From Raillietiella orientalis (taxonomy: Eukaryota): DNA of 64,000 nt. Made by a program: the position numbers and the translations under genes. Numbering within the stretch: the stretch's first letter is position 1; each line of letters opens with the position of its first letter. Positions 11,350 through 23,349 of this stretch are shown piece by piece. The notes beneath the pieces were generated by a model. It was not told the origin of the DNA, did not search any database, and worked only from the letters and a program-made list of their open reading frames with translations. Location: assembly GCA_036172245.1 (NCBI GenBank), contig JAYWIR010000044.1, positions 1 to 64,000 of the forward strand, read 5' to 3'.

Positions 11350-13100
11350 ATTGTATGATGGCTACGTAGTAACCCAGACAACATGCATACGGCAGCATAG
11401 AAGGCACACTGCTAGGTCGCAATAAGGACGCTGATGTTGAAATGCTGCGCGGTGCGTTCAGAGCTTAAACGTTTACCTAGGTTTGCTTTCGTATTGAAAG
11501 AATTCGGCGTCGAGCAGATCAATCGGAATCGCGTTGCAAGCATTGAAGTTCCGCACCCCGTTTAGAGACGAATCGATGCTTCTTGTGGGATGAGAAAACT
11601 CTGCTTCGCGACTGTTGGGCTCAGCCAACCCATGCAAAGCGAATCTCAGCAGTTGTTGGGAAATAGTCTGGCACCAGAATGGAGCAGAAGAGGTCAAATG
11701 GAAACATGCCTTTGGGTTTGCCTTTTGGGTTTGTTCCTTCCCGACGTGAGCGTGAACGCTCCACTTCATCGTGGAACTTCATTGAAGCCACCAACGGTCT
11801 CTTTGTTTCTTTGCGCGAGCGAACCCGAATTTGGCTTGCCTGAGGGATCTCAGTATTGTGCTCTGTTTGCGGAACCGTGACCGCTGGGAGCAGCGACGAA
11901 AGAAGCAGGAAAAATAAAGGAGCCATATTCTTCGAATCGTGGGAGGATATGGGATCGAAATATCCGCGGTGACGTGCTCGCGCATAGTGCGCAGCAAGCA
12001 AGGATTTGCCAGCATCCTTGACGGCACAAGGAGGACAGCAGGGGAGAAGCTACGATTTCTTCCGCGCCCTCTATTCATTACAGTAATTTTTCCAACAGGT
12101 TTCGTATGTTCTCTGTTAGTTCCTCCATCCTTCAATACCCTTGCACGAACCTCTTCCGGAAAATGGTTTCGAGGAAACCGTTCCCGAGAAAAGTCGCGAA
12201 GTGCTTCATGCTGTCATCACAGAAGAACGAAAACATCCACTAATAAAACACGTGTTATTGTCTGCGATAGCGTTTGAAGGATTTTTTCTCGCATTTCTTT
12301 CCGAAGATGGGAAAGAAAATGCCATCGGCTTTTTGGATTCCACTTTTCTATTGTGAAACCGCAGTTTCATGGTTTTGTGAAGGTGTGTGGGCCACGCATG
12401 GAACCCCTTAACTTTTCGTTACATGCAGAATGCGCGAGCTGCTTCCGCATCAATGTGTATTTTGGGCTTGCGAAAGCGAATTTCGTTTGCAACTTTCGTG
12501 CCTTCCTGCCTGGTCTCCTGGACCATTCCATCGTGCCACAATAGGTGCTTCCCTGTTTGCAGTTGCAGCCTACTGCCGGTGGTGCATTCGCTGTTATGGT
12601 ACACATGGCATACTGCCGCCATGTTGCGCCTGCACAAGTTTCTCTCAAATCTACTCCTATTCGACGTTCTTTGGCAGGATCTTCACGTGTTAAGGAAAAC
12701 ACTTTTCACAACCTTTGATGTCCCGAAATTCCTTTCTGCCTGCTCCTTCTTGTCTACCATCGCAGTTTTCTTATTCAAGTCGCCTATGTTGTTGTTCAAT
12801 GCCTTTTCCTGCCACACTTGAAAGCTATCGTGCGTTGTCGCCTCCAGCCAGCTCGCCACTCTTTTGATACGCATCTTATGTTGCAAACTCGTTGTGGTTT
12901 CTTTCTCACCTGGAGAGCATTCCGTTGACTATGTTGTGGGCTATATTTCTCCGTAATGGGAATATTCTCTACGGCTGTGGTGTGCCGAGAACGTCCTCCG
13001 ATGTGGAAAAGTGAATCATCCGTTGTTTTCCGCAGCACGCCTTGAGAGATACGAGCACTCGTTGGGAGGACACCTTAGCAGAAGGAGGGGGGAGGAATTC
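11350..13100 (-). mobile_element. Decayed MULE/Mutator-like transposase with a possible C-terminal SWIM finger
   Basis: KTAMVDKKEQAERN..VKSVF (second catalytic-D region, ~12769-12700), NEK..GFHAW (~TNN.EGFH, ~12400), PYCDL..LCCRMHVVWV (SWIM-like, ~11428-11372). Confidence 0.45.
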
Positions 13101-15919
13101 CCATGTGCTGGCGGAAACCGCAAGTGAATCTGTATAAAACGCAGCGGAGCGGCGTTCTTCTCTCAATCCGTTGCTCAATTCTGCGCCCGTTTCGGCTGAT
13201 ATTTCGAGAGAAAAGATGCTGTCACTTCTATTCAACATCGTAAGCAGTCGTTGGTGTTTGAAACCATGTTCTTCTTAGGAGTTCACTTCTTGTGTCGCAT
13301 GCTGGACGATTTTTTCCGATTGCCTTCTGAATCGTTGATTTGAGGGTAAACAGCGCGTTGTGGTACGAATCGTTCGGCTGCTCACTTTAAGGGCTTCTTA
13401 GTTATGTAGCTGCTGCTCTTCTTTGCGCTTGAGTGACTTCGTGGTACTTCGGTTTTTTTCCGTGTTTCGTTTCTTCCTTTGCTTTGCGAGTTTCTTCATT
13501 TTCACCTCTGGAATTTCGAGCAAGTGTTTCACCTTTGGGGATGGAACTGCTTTTCTTGTTCTGTTTCAGTTGTTCTGAGAGATTCGTTGCTCTTGTTCTT
13601 TCCTCTGCTCTCCTAGATACATCTCAATGTTATTTGGTTTCTTTTGATCCGTGTTTGCTGTTTTTATCCCGTTGATGCTTTTGATGGTTGCGAAGGAAGG
13701 TATGCTTTGGAAACTCGCTTCTTTTTTTTGTCTGGAAGGGTTCTTGTATTTTTTTCGATGTCTGTTGCTTGCGTGTGCTTTTTGTCGTTGCTGCTGTATT
13801 TTCTTGTCTTGAATGCGATTGTTTTCTTAAATATTGAGTTTTCTAGGTTACTACTCTACTGGTTCTCCATTCTGCAGTAATTTCAACAGGTGTTTCTGCA
13901 AGCAACTTTACTTCGGCGGCAGAAAGATCTTTAACCGATTTGCTTGATTTTCGTCAGTTTCAGGGATCTTGTGATTTGTTCTTCGACAAGACGGCCGGAA
14001 ATTGCCAAATGTCTTATGGTTCCGAGGTTCCTCTGCGTAGCGCGTGTGAGACTAGTATTTTTGTGAGTAAATTTCTGCATTTTGCTAAACGTTAAATGTA
14101 TTTCAGGTAACGGGTCCCTCTGAAAGAGAGAGCATCATTTTCTTTCTCCATGGATTGTCGAATAGTTGCTACCTTCGTTATCCTTCTAGCACGCAGTGGT
14201 ATGTCCTTCTCTCGTGTGGATTTGATGATGTGTGTATGGATGCTGAACCTCGGTATTCTTTCTGGCAATTGCTGCTGATTCCTCGAATTTGTGGGAGGGA
14301 TGTATTGGTTTCGAAATATGATGAATGGATGCTTTTGCATGGATGAGTTCTGAGGAATGTGTAAAACTATAGGGTTTTTAATCATTCGGCTAGTTCGTGT
14401 CATCGAGGAACGATCTGTAAACACCGAACAGTATTCGCTTTGTGAATCGTCATCTCTGCTTATTTCACATCTGAAACAACAGAACGTAATATCTACCTCG
14501 AAGTAGTAGGCTTTGATTTCTCGTTGTTTATCTTTGCGTGGATTATTTTTGCAGCCATTTTCTTGTTTACCGCCTGTTGCATTCTAGGCTCTTCCCAGGA
14601 CAGAATGTTGGATCAGTGCCTTGCACTTTGCACTGCGACCCTGTTCGACAACCATCAGTTTTGGTTGACATAAGGAGCATATGATTTGGATGGTCACGGC
14701 AGACTCGGAATTTCTGAGAATAAAGTTTCCTAGTGCAGTTGTGCAGTTTGTTTCGCGAATTGATGTTCAGCAAACCGGTGTTCACTAAAAGATGGTGGGT
14801 ACATGAAAGGGCTCGTTAGGAACAGGAATGTAGGCAAGCTCAAAGCTCGTCTGCCTTCTGCAGCAGCGTGTTCTCTTGAGGCCACAAGGAGGGGAGTTCG
14901 GCACTTTCTATCAAAAGCTTCACATGAAAAATTAACCCAATACTACTCATTTAACGCACATGGAAATTGTTGCTCCCCATGAGGATTGATTTCAAATCAT
15001 GGAACATTCTTTATGGAGTAAAGATTTTCAAACACACAGCATTTTTTGGAAACCAAATGTTCTTAGCAGCCTTAAAAATGTTGATGATTTCATTCTATGA
15101 ACGGCGAGGTTCCAGATCATCAAGTTATTTTTTCTGAATGATGTTTGAATGAAGAATTCATATCATTAATTCAAATCTGCAAAAGGCTTCTATAGAAGCA
15201 GATCTTGGTTACGTGATCAACGATTGTGTAAGACGATGTTCATTTCAAGCACATGGAATTTTGCCTTTTTGACAACCTTGACAAAGGGACTGCTTTGTTT
15301 TTCATCACTATCTATCGGCTTTTTCAGTGACTAAAAGTGAAAACTCATTATGGAGATTTTGTCCTTGGAGAATCATCTATTCATTAGTTTAGGAGACTTC
15401 ATGATTTTTCTTCGCACATGGACAGTTCGACCTCAACCAGAGTTGAATTTAAATATTCCGCAGTCACTTTCATAACGATAAGAAGGGTGCATTTCTGATA
15501 TTCGTTTCTGGTTAAAAATAACGTGTTCCGTGAATCTTATCTATGAGAAAAGAAAACTGAGTCCATCAATGCTACACTCTGATCTTAGCCAGGACCAGAA
15601 GCTGATGAGCTCATTTCCTATCGGTGGTACGTGTCTTACATTGATCTTTGTAAGCTCTTAGAAGATACCCTTCATACCATTATCTCTTAGAACTGCGATC
15701 AACTTTTTAAAAAATAGCTGTTTCCTATTCATTCTCATTTTTCATAGCATCCATATTGGCTTAAACTGCATGATGACTTCTTATCAAATTATTCTATTGT
15801 CACATTTCTCAATATAAGGCATTTTCTAAAACCAACATCATCTGTTTTCTTTTTACGTACTTGCAAAGCTCTTAGTTTTTTCTTTTCTTTCCCATGCATA
15901 ACAGTTGTCAGTGGTACTC

Positions 15920-16260
15920 AAGAATCAAAGAGTACCACAAATTTTCCAGCAACATTTTTAGGGATCGCGACGAGAATCTGTTCGTCAACGAACTGAACTC
16001 CATTGGCGTGCGGGAGGAAGACCTCGCCATCATGACCGTAAGGGGCATTGGTTACGTAAAGATGCTTTGCAAGGGTACGGCACTTGTGCAGCCCCAGCAT
16101 TGCTTCCCATTGTCCATCCGTGGTCAGGAAATCTTCTCAGCCGCGACGAAGGGAAATTCCTGGTGGACCAAATTGAGACTAAAATCCCTGTCTACGGATC
16201 TAAAAACGCGCTGGCGGAATTCGCCACGATACACACGCTTTCGATTATGTCGTGCATTCT
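15920..16260 (+). mobile_element. Divergent LINE ORF1 remnant
   Basis: LNSIGVREEDLAIMTVRGIGYVKMLCK aligns with ORF1 MRALGVQNEELLAMSVRSGGQFAELICK (near 22560). Confidence 0.65.
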
Positions 16261-18552
16261 AATGATGTTCTTGTCTGTTCTCAGCAGAACAGTTGAACCG
16301 CCGTCATCTGCCTACGTGGCTCCGGATGAAATACACAGTTCAGGTGGTTCATCTGTACAGCACAGTTCGTTCTCCTGTGTATCGCATGCAAGCTTCGCGT
16401 GTGCGTGTAGTGCGGAGAACAGGAGCCCCGTCTCAAAAATGCACCTCTGGATTTCTATCTTCGAGTTCCTTGCCAGTCCGATTTCCTTTTTCAGAGTTTG
16501 CCATCTGGTTGCTTCTTGAGACAGATCCGGTCGTGAAGATCCGTGTCCACGTCACCCCATTCTTTGCAAATCTCTTCTGCTTGGTTGCCCGTGAAGTATT
16601 CTATCCTGGAAATACTTCGCCTTTCTCCGTAGTAGAACACCCGGAGGTCATCTTGGATGTCTGGAGGCAGGTCACTCCTCCCGAACGTCGTTTTAAACGC
16701 TAAGGTATTGACGGAGTCGTTTCCGTAGCGATTGGGAACTTTCTGGAGAGCATCGGTGTCTTGATCGTCTCCACGTTTGACGTGATGAAGGTGTTTCTTG
16801 TTCATCCTGGACCACGCGTTGTTCCTGTCTCTTTTTCACAATTCGCGTATGCTGTAAAAAACTTTTCCTCAACCATCTCGATGTACTTAAGCACGCGATA
16901 GTGATGGTGGTAGCCATCGCGTCTCCGTTGATCCAATTTTCTCAACGTAAATCTAGGCCACTGTTACATCCAGCTTCTCGTGTTACTAGGAATGGGGAGC
17001 TGCCAGGGAATTACAAGGATGAATTCCACTTTCCAGAGTTCCTTGCTTCGAGGCAGGAACTCTAGTTGGTGCTTCTGCTCCAGCGCGTATTTCTATCTCT
17101 GTATCGCGTCGATAATGATCCATCCTCTTTCTCGTCTGATTGGAGTCGTAGTCAGGCTCCAGGCTTGTTCAACAACGAGAAAGCTCTGTGAGATGCTCAT
17201 AGACAGTCCTCGCATTTAACTGTGGCGTTCAGGGCTAAGTAGGTGGTGAACCCAACAACTCAAACGGAAAACTTCCTCTATTCCATTTTCTCAACTACTG
17301 AAAAGAGGAAAACAAATGTAAGGCTGTGTATATAAATGGAGTAAAAGAAACCTCTTTAAAAGTGTTCTTACGAGTATGCTGAGCGGTCCAGTTCTCTCGA
17401 TATCTTCAGCACCATCTCGTGATCGGTAGGTGTCGAGCACCTCTTTGACGGTGAAGCCCAGCCATGGTCTTTATCGACGTAACGGCTGTACTCGATGATG
17501 GTAGACTGACCCCACTTGAATTGTCCGACATGTGGACTCCGGCTACCACTCGACCGGAGCGCTGAGCATTGGCATGGTTTCACTCAAGCTGTTGGATCAG
17601 ATCTTTGTCAACCACTCGGTTTCGGTACGCCAATGTTCGCTTCATCCTCGGCGCAACGTTCACCTTTGAAAAACATGGAAGTTCCTTCATACTGGACGTT
17701 ACATGCACATCGAAAGGCAATAAAACAGTGTCATGGATGCAGGGAAAACACAAGAAGGAAAATATCCAATTCTAATCCAGAGCATCAAGCATTCTGGAAA
17801 AAATGCCATTATGCAAGTTCCCAAAGCCTGAGGATCTTGCGATCCCAAGAAAGACAGCGTACTACGACTACTAGGAATTAGAGAGAACAATGGAAAAATG
17901 TTGACGAAGCTGTGTTTCCTGCTACATCAGGGAAAGCAAGGACGTTTACTGGACTTACAGACTCACACCGGACTATGCAGGCGACCCCATGCTTTACATT
18001 ATAGAGCGACCACAATCCCAAGACCAGTCCTTAGAAAGTAAACATCAGATCGTCAATCATATTCGAAATGCTGGAACAGCAGGCAGAGCCAGCGGGAACG
18101 TTTTTGCAGTTGTTACCAAATTTAATTCAATAAAAAAAGATTGTTGTCCATTAAATAACTTTAGTCAGATCACCACCTATTGGCATGAGTTTCTTCCTGC
18201 TTCCATAAACAATAAGGGTAATCGCTCTTCGCGGATGCACACTGTCAGTTGGTAAAATAGTCGGAGGAAGGCGTTCAGAAATCGCTGTTAGTGAGTGTTG
18301 GGCACACTATCAGAGCTCGCAGTCACATTTTTGCAAACTTCCACGGAAGGAGCCAGAACTTCCTCAGCGGAGATTTTTTCGCCGAGCATCCTCATTTGAT
18401 GTTCCTTAATTCATCGCCTCAGGTGGCGCAAATGAAGCACTGGTTGGGGAGGACGCAACTGTTCTCTTGAGAAGGGCTCGGTGTCACGTCTTGGGAAGGC
18501 GTCCATAATATCCACCAATGATGTGTGCCGGCTTGAGCTGTCGTACTGGATG

Positions 18553-19665
18553 TTTTCACCCGGGTAAGCCGGGGCTTTTATTATTTTAAAAAATCAAAAT
18601 TACAATTTATAATTGCAGTCGATTGATTTTTCATTGTTCTTGTGTTCCTGTCGGAAAACATTTCCTTTTTGTTTTGCACTCATTTACCGACTTGAGTGCC
18701 GGTAAGGCCTAGTCCACTCGCGAGGGGGACGGGAAAAAGGAAAAAAAATACAAAACAAGAAAAAAACGCCTGGGGGACATTGTTTATGGGAAGGGAAGGG
18801 ATCACTGTGCGTCGAGGGGAGGCCTCTGCATCTGGTTCCCGATGCGAACAAGTGCTGGCAGAATTTTCCTTAGCCGGCGCAAACGGGTAGCCTTCTCCAT
18901 GGAGATGACCGCCCAGTGGATGGCATTCCGACTGCTGTGGCCTCTTATCGACGCGTTCCACTTGTCCAATATTCCTCGTATGCAGCAGAGAACTGCAACA
19001 TACGCGGCACCTGACAGGGAGTTCCGCATCAAAAAGCGACGTAAAATGTTTTTAGGGTCGCTCACCGCTACGTTTATGGCCGACGAGAGTCGATCCCACG
19101 TTCGGCGGAGGGCAACACATTCGATGAGTAAGTGGGGGAAGGTCTCCCTTTCCCCACACTCTGTACAATGGGCATCCAATCTCCCCAATGTCCAGTGAGA
19201 CAGGCGTGCTCTGCTCAAAAGTGCCCAATGGAGCACAAGCAGCGCCGTCTCCTGCCAATCCAAAGGGAGGGTGCCACTGTCCCAAGACGCCGGGGGGCAC
19301 TTCACCTCCTCCGGAGCCATGTCGAGCAGCTCGCCCCAGCACACAATTCCATTTGGCGGGACACTCGGGGTTGTAGCGTTCGCTAGTTCCCGGAACGTCC
19401 ACGCCTTCATTGGTTTTTTCCTGCCTCCGATGAGGCAGGACACTTCGAAACAAGCGTCCTCTTGGCTGTCCCTGGCGGGAGCCGGGGAGCAGGAGCAGAA
19501 GGTCCTCCGCATAGGCCGAAACGGCAGGCGTGCCGACACACGAGCTGGGCAGGGTTGCCAAAGTCTCCCTGTATGCTCTCAGCACCAACTCAAAGTAGAT
19601 GCTGAAGAGCAGGCGGCTGAGGCTGTCGCCCTGCCGGATGCCGCCACGAACCGGCACGCCGTGGT
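18553..19665 (-). mobile_element. 5'-truncated, internally deleted LINE (RT core fused to C-terminus + 3' UTR)
   Basis: HGVPVRGGIRQGDSLSRLLF..AYAEDLL joined directly to the region before CTECGERETFPHLLIEC. Hairpin at 18555-18582. Confidence 0.9.
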
Positions 19666-19671
19666 TCATCG

Positions 19672-19760
19672 TGCTTGGCTGCAGCAATACTGCAGCCACT
19701 GACATTTTATTGTAAAGTTTATTTTTAAATAAACGTCCCGAAGAAATCCGGGTGAAAATC
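19672..19760 (+). mobile_element. Solo LINE 3' tail (~90 bp)
   Basis: Aligns with 2316-2405, including AATAAACG-hairpin-GTGAAAATC. Confidence 0.8.
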
Positions 19761-21922
19761 GGAAGCTTTACGCAGATCGACTGCGACCGCAAGGGCTCCG
19801 GGCGCCGATTCACCACTTCGGCTTCCCTACTCCCGATCTGTGGAGAGTCCAAGACCCTCTAAACCTAGCTGAGCCTCGCGTTGTTGCAACTGCCACCAGC
19901 TGTTGGCGAGGAACAGGTTGGCCTCCATGGTTCGTCCGAGAACAGCGTGAGTCTGTTCCGGACTGACCACGGATTCCACTACCCGTCCCAGTCGCTCAGC
20001 CCAGTGTTTGGCAAGCAACTTCGCGTTCTTTAGCACCTACTTCGAGTTGGTGCTGAGAGCGTATAGGGTAACTTTGGCCCCCTTGCCGAGCTCGTGTCCC
20101 GGCACGCCAGCCGTAGCGGCGTATGCCGACGATCTTCTGCTCCTCTTACCTATGTCCACCCCGGCGAAGGCGGTCGGAGATTTTTCCGACCTGCTTAGCC
20201 GTGGGGCCAAATTACAGGTTAACAGGGCGAAGTCGTCAGTGTTGCCAGTTGGAGCGACGTGGGCAGGGCAGCAGGACTGAGTCCGTCTGGGGATCCCCAC
20301 GGTGAGGTGCATCAAGTACCTCGGTGTGCCGTTGGGGGACTACTCTCCTACGGATGCGTGGTCCGGCTGCCTCCAAAAAGTGGAGACGGCGATCGGCCCG
20401 TTCCTGGAACCCGTGTCCCGGACCGCGGTTTGGAACGCCTTCGCGGCTTCCATCCTCCGCCCCTTGCTTTTTGTTTGCCCCGCCCCGTAGAATGTAAGAA
20501 GAGGACGAAGGACCTCCTCCGCATTGCTCTTTGGGGCAATGTGAATCCCCGAGTCCCTTTGAGGGACTTATGCGCTTTGCTTCGGGATGGTGCTCTTGGC
20601 CTCCTGACGCTGGAGCGCTTGGAGATTCAGCTGCGATGGCGCACCCTCGCCATCGCAGCGAAGTCGTGGAGCACCTCTTGCTTCGTTCCGGCACGCCTCC
20701 TCGCCAGGCGTGTGTCCCGGTGCGAAGGACTCGCATCTTTTCTTCTGTGCCCTGGCCGGAAGATCAGAAGATGCGGCCTACTGCTGGGGCGCATGGGAAC
20801 CCTGGCAAAGGAAAACAGCTGGATGGTTTGCAGCCCTGCCAACTCCTCCGCCTGGCTGGAGGAGACTGCTGGCACCTGGGCTGCTGTAAACCTGCGGAGT
20901 GATGAATCCTGCAGCCGCCTGCGCTCCGGCATATACGCCCGCCGCACTCTGCGGGAAATACTGGAGTTTCCCGCGAGCTGCACTTGAGCCGATGCGACAC
21001 CCCTTGCTACGGCGATGCCCTTCCTGAGGAGGGCGCTTCACGGCAGCAGGACGCCGAGGTGTCAAGTCTCCTGCTGCATCGCGGGACGGGAGAAGATGAT
21101 GAGCGGCTGGACCATGGGTGAGCTGGCGGACGCTACGACCCCGAGCGTCCAGCCGCGAGGAATACTGAGATGGGGCGAGCTGCTCGCCATCCCCAGGGAT
21201 GAGCTGAAGTGATCCCCAGTCTTAAGAGAATCCAGGATCCTGCCCCTCAAGTGGCAAGAGTCGGCGTTGCTCCTGTTGCACTGGGGTCTACCCTGTAACG
21301 CACGCCGCTTTCACTGGACAAGGGGAGCTGTGGATCCTGCATGTGCCAGGTGTGGGGAGCGGAAATCGCTCCGCCACCTTATTGTGGATTGTGCTGCCCT
21401 CCGACCCCTCTGGGAACGGTTAGGGACGATCCTCGGTCTCCCTATGAGCAGCGCCCCCAGAGATCTTCTTCGGCTCCTCTTCGTGGGGGGCGCCTTTGAG
21501 CCAGCTGCAGCCGTGGCAGCACTCTGCTACATCCGAGGCATCGTGGTGGCCTGGAGCGATACCCGCGACGAAGGAGTGGATCTGAACGCGAGGGATGTCA
21601 TCATATATGCGCAACGCTTCATGCGGAGAGCTACAGAATGGCCTCAGCTGGCTGATATTCGGATGGACCTCGAGGGTATCCTGGGAAGGATGGGCCCTCC
21701 TCCCAGTGTATAGTGATCCCTTCCCCTCCCACCAAACTCTTTTTGTTTTTCTCATTGTTTTCTTTTTCCTTTGTTTTTCTTCCATCCCCTTTCACTGCCG
21801 AGGAGAGCCACACCGGGCTGAGTACCGGCGACCCGGGAGGTCCTGTTGCGTTGGCTGTAGTGGAGCCTAGTACCACGAATTGTAAAGAGAATTTATAATA
21901 AACGCCTCGGCGTGACCGGGTG
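19761..21922 (+). mobile_element. LINE with a 5' inversion (19761-20025 antisense RT motifs, 20026-21922 sense)
   Basis: Minus strand: AKLLAKHWAERLG...AVAVDLRKA. Plus strand: FSTYFELVL..AYADDL..IKYLGV..CARCGERKSLRHLIVDC, then 3' hairpin at 21897-21922. Confidence 0.88.
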
Positions 21923-22235
21923 GCAACGTACAGGGAGGAGTAAAACTTCCTCACAATCCCGCGCCTCTCAGCAGGAGCCGAGTGCTCCCGACCCTGGTCG
22001 TCCAGCAAGCTGGCCGACCCGGATTGCCAGGCTTGCTTCTCGGCTCCCGCTCGATACTCCGCTAACCTGCGCATGTCGGGACTTCTCGCGTAACGTCGGG
22101 CCTGGAGATAGCACCTTTCGTTACGCGACCTCTCCTTGAATCCCACAGGTAGGCGATGCAAAGGGAACTGTTCGCAGAACTCCTGGACCGACCGCTTAAA
22201 GCGGTCCCAGTCCTGAAGCGTCCGCCGCTTCGATC
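21923..22235 (-). mobile_element. LINE ORF2 linker (between endonuclease and RT) fragment
   Basis: WDRFKRSVQEFC...LLDDQGREH...IVRKFYSSLY, typical of the L1/Tx1 pre-RT linker. Confidence 0.65.
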
Positions 22236-23340
22236 GGAAGTGTCCCATCGCTGCTCCTGAGTTTGCGTTTCCTTTGCGTTGTGCGTGGTGTGGGTGGTGG
22301 ATTAGGCAGCAATGCCTGACGCCACCACCGGTGAGGATCCGGGGCCGATGACCCCTTTGCCCCTGGACGAGTTGGAAGTGGGGGCTTCCACCCCACTGAT
22401 GCGCCCCGGCCCTACTCAGAGCCTGGAACGCCGTGGCTGCGGCACCTATGCCGGCGACTATGGCGGAGATACGCGCCTACCTGGAGGAGGGGTATAACCC
22501 ACCCCTCCTATACAAGGTAAGGAATCTTTATTTACCGGAGAGCGCGAGTGCCTCCTCGCAGGCGATGCGAGCTCTCGGAGTACAAAATGAGGAGCTTCTG
22601 GCCATGTCTGTCAGAAGCGGAGGTCAATTTGCGGAATTGATATGCAAGGAGGCAGCTCTTCCGCAGAGACTTTTGCGAACCCCTGTAATGATGGGCAGCC
22701 GGAGGCTTCTCCCAGTTACGGAAGATCGGTCGGTGTTTGTCCACCTGACCGGTATTACGTTCCGGATGACCAAAGAGGCCGTCCGGAACGAACTGGAAAA
22801 ATTTGCGACCGTTCACGCGGTGTGGGGCAAGACCACGCCGTTCGTAGACTACGATGGGATGCTTAGCGGCCTGGCTACAGCGCGTGTTACGGTTCGCGAG
22901 GGATGTGAGTTTCCTCACAAACTGTGCGTCAACGTTGAGTCCGTTGACGTGTGGTACGTGGGAAAACCCAAGTTCTACGGCTGCTGCGGCAGCTTTGGTC
23001 ACCTCAGAATGACGTGCACGAGCGTGCAGTGCCAGCAGTGCAAGCAAGCGGGGCACACCCGTCGAGTGTGCCTTCAAAATTTAGTCCGTGTCGCGTCCGC
23101 GAAAAACGAGAGAAAGCGCGCGGCTAAGAGACGCAAGAAGCTGGAAGAGCGAGCTGCAGCTAAGGAGGTCACCTCCGCCTCCAAGGCGAAGGCCAGTTCC
23201 GAGACCCCGGCAGAAAAGGCCGAGAAAGTCGAGGACAACGGCCAAGTGCCAGAATGGCAGAAGGTCGACCCCAGGAAAAAAACTCCAAAGGAGGGAAAGA
23301 ACGTGGCGAAACGGAGCGAAACCGCTCCGCGCCGCGTAAA
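22236..23340 (+). mobile_element. LINE 5' UTR + nearly intact ORF1
   Basis: ATG at 22312 with a frameshift into ORF 22433. RRM-like VHLTGITFRMTKEAVRNELEKF; knuckles YGCCGSFGHLRMTC and CQQCKQAGHTRRVC; basic tail. Confidence 0.87.
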
Positions 23341-23349
23341 TACGAAAAC

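Noticed and set aside
14430..15890. AT-rich, ORF-poor block
   Set aside because: No repeat structure or recognisable motif.
17510..18320. CPTC...H zinc-finger-like and CWAH transposase-like words
   Set aside because: Isolated short motifs without supporting neighbours.
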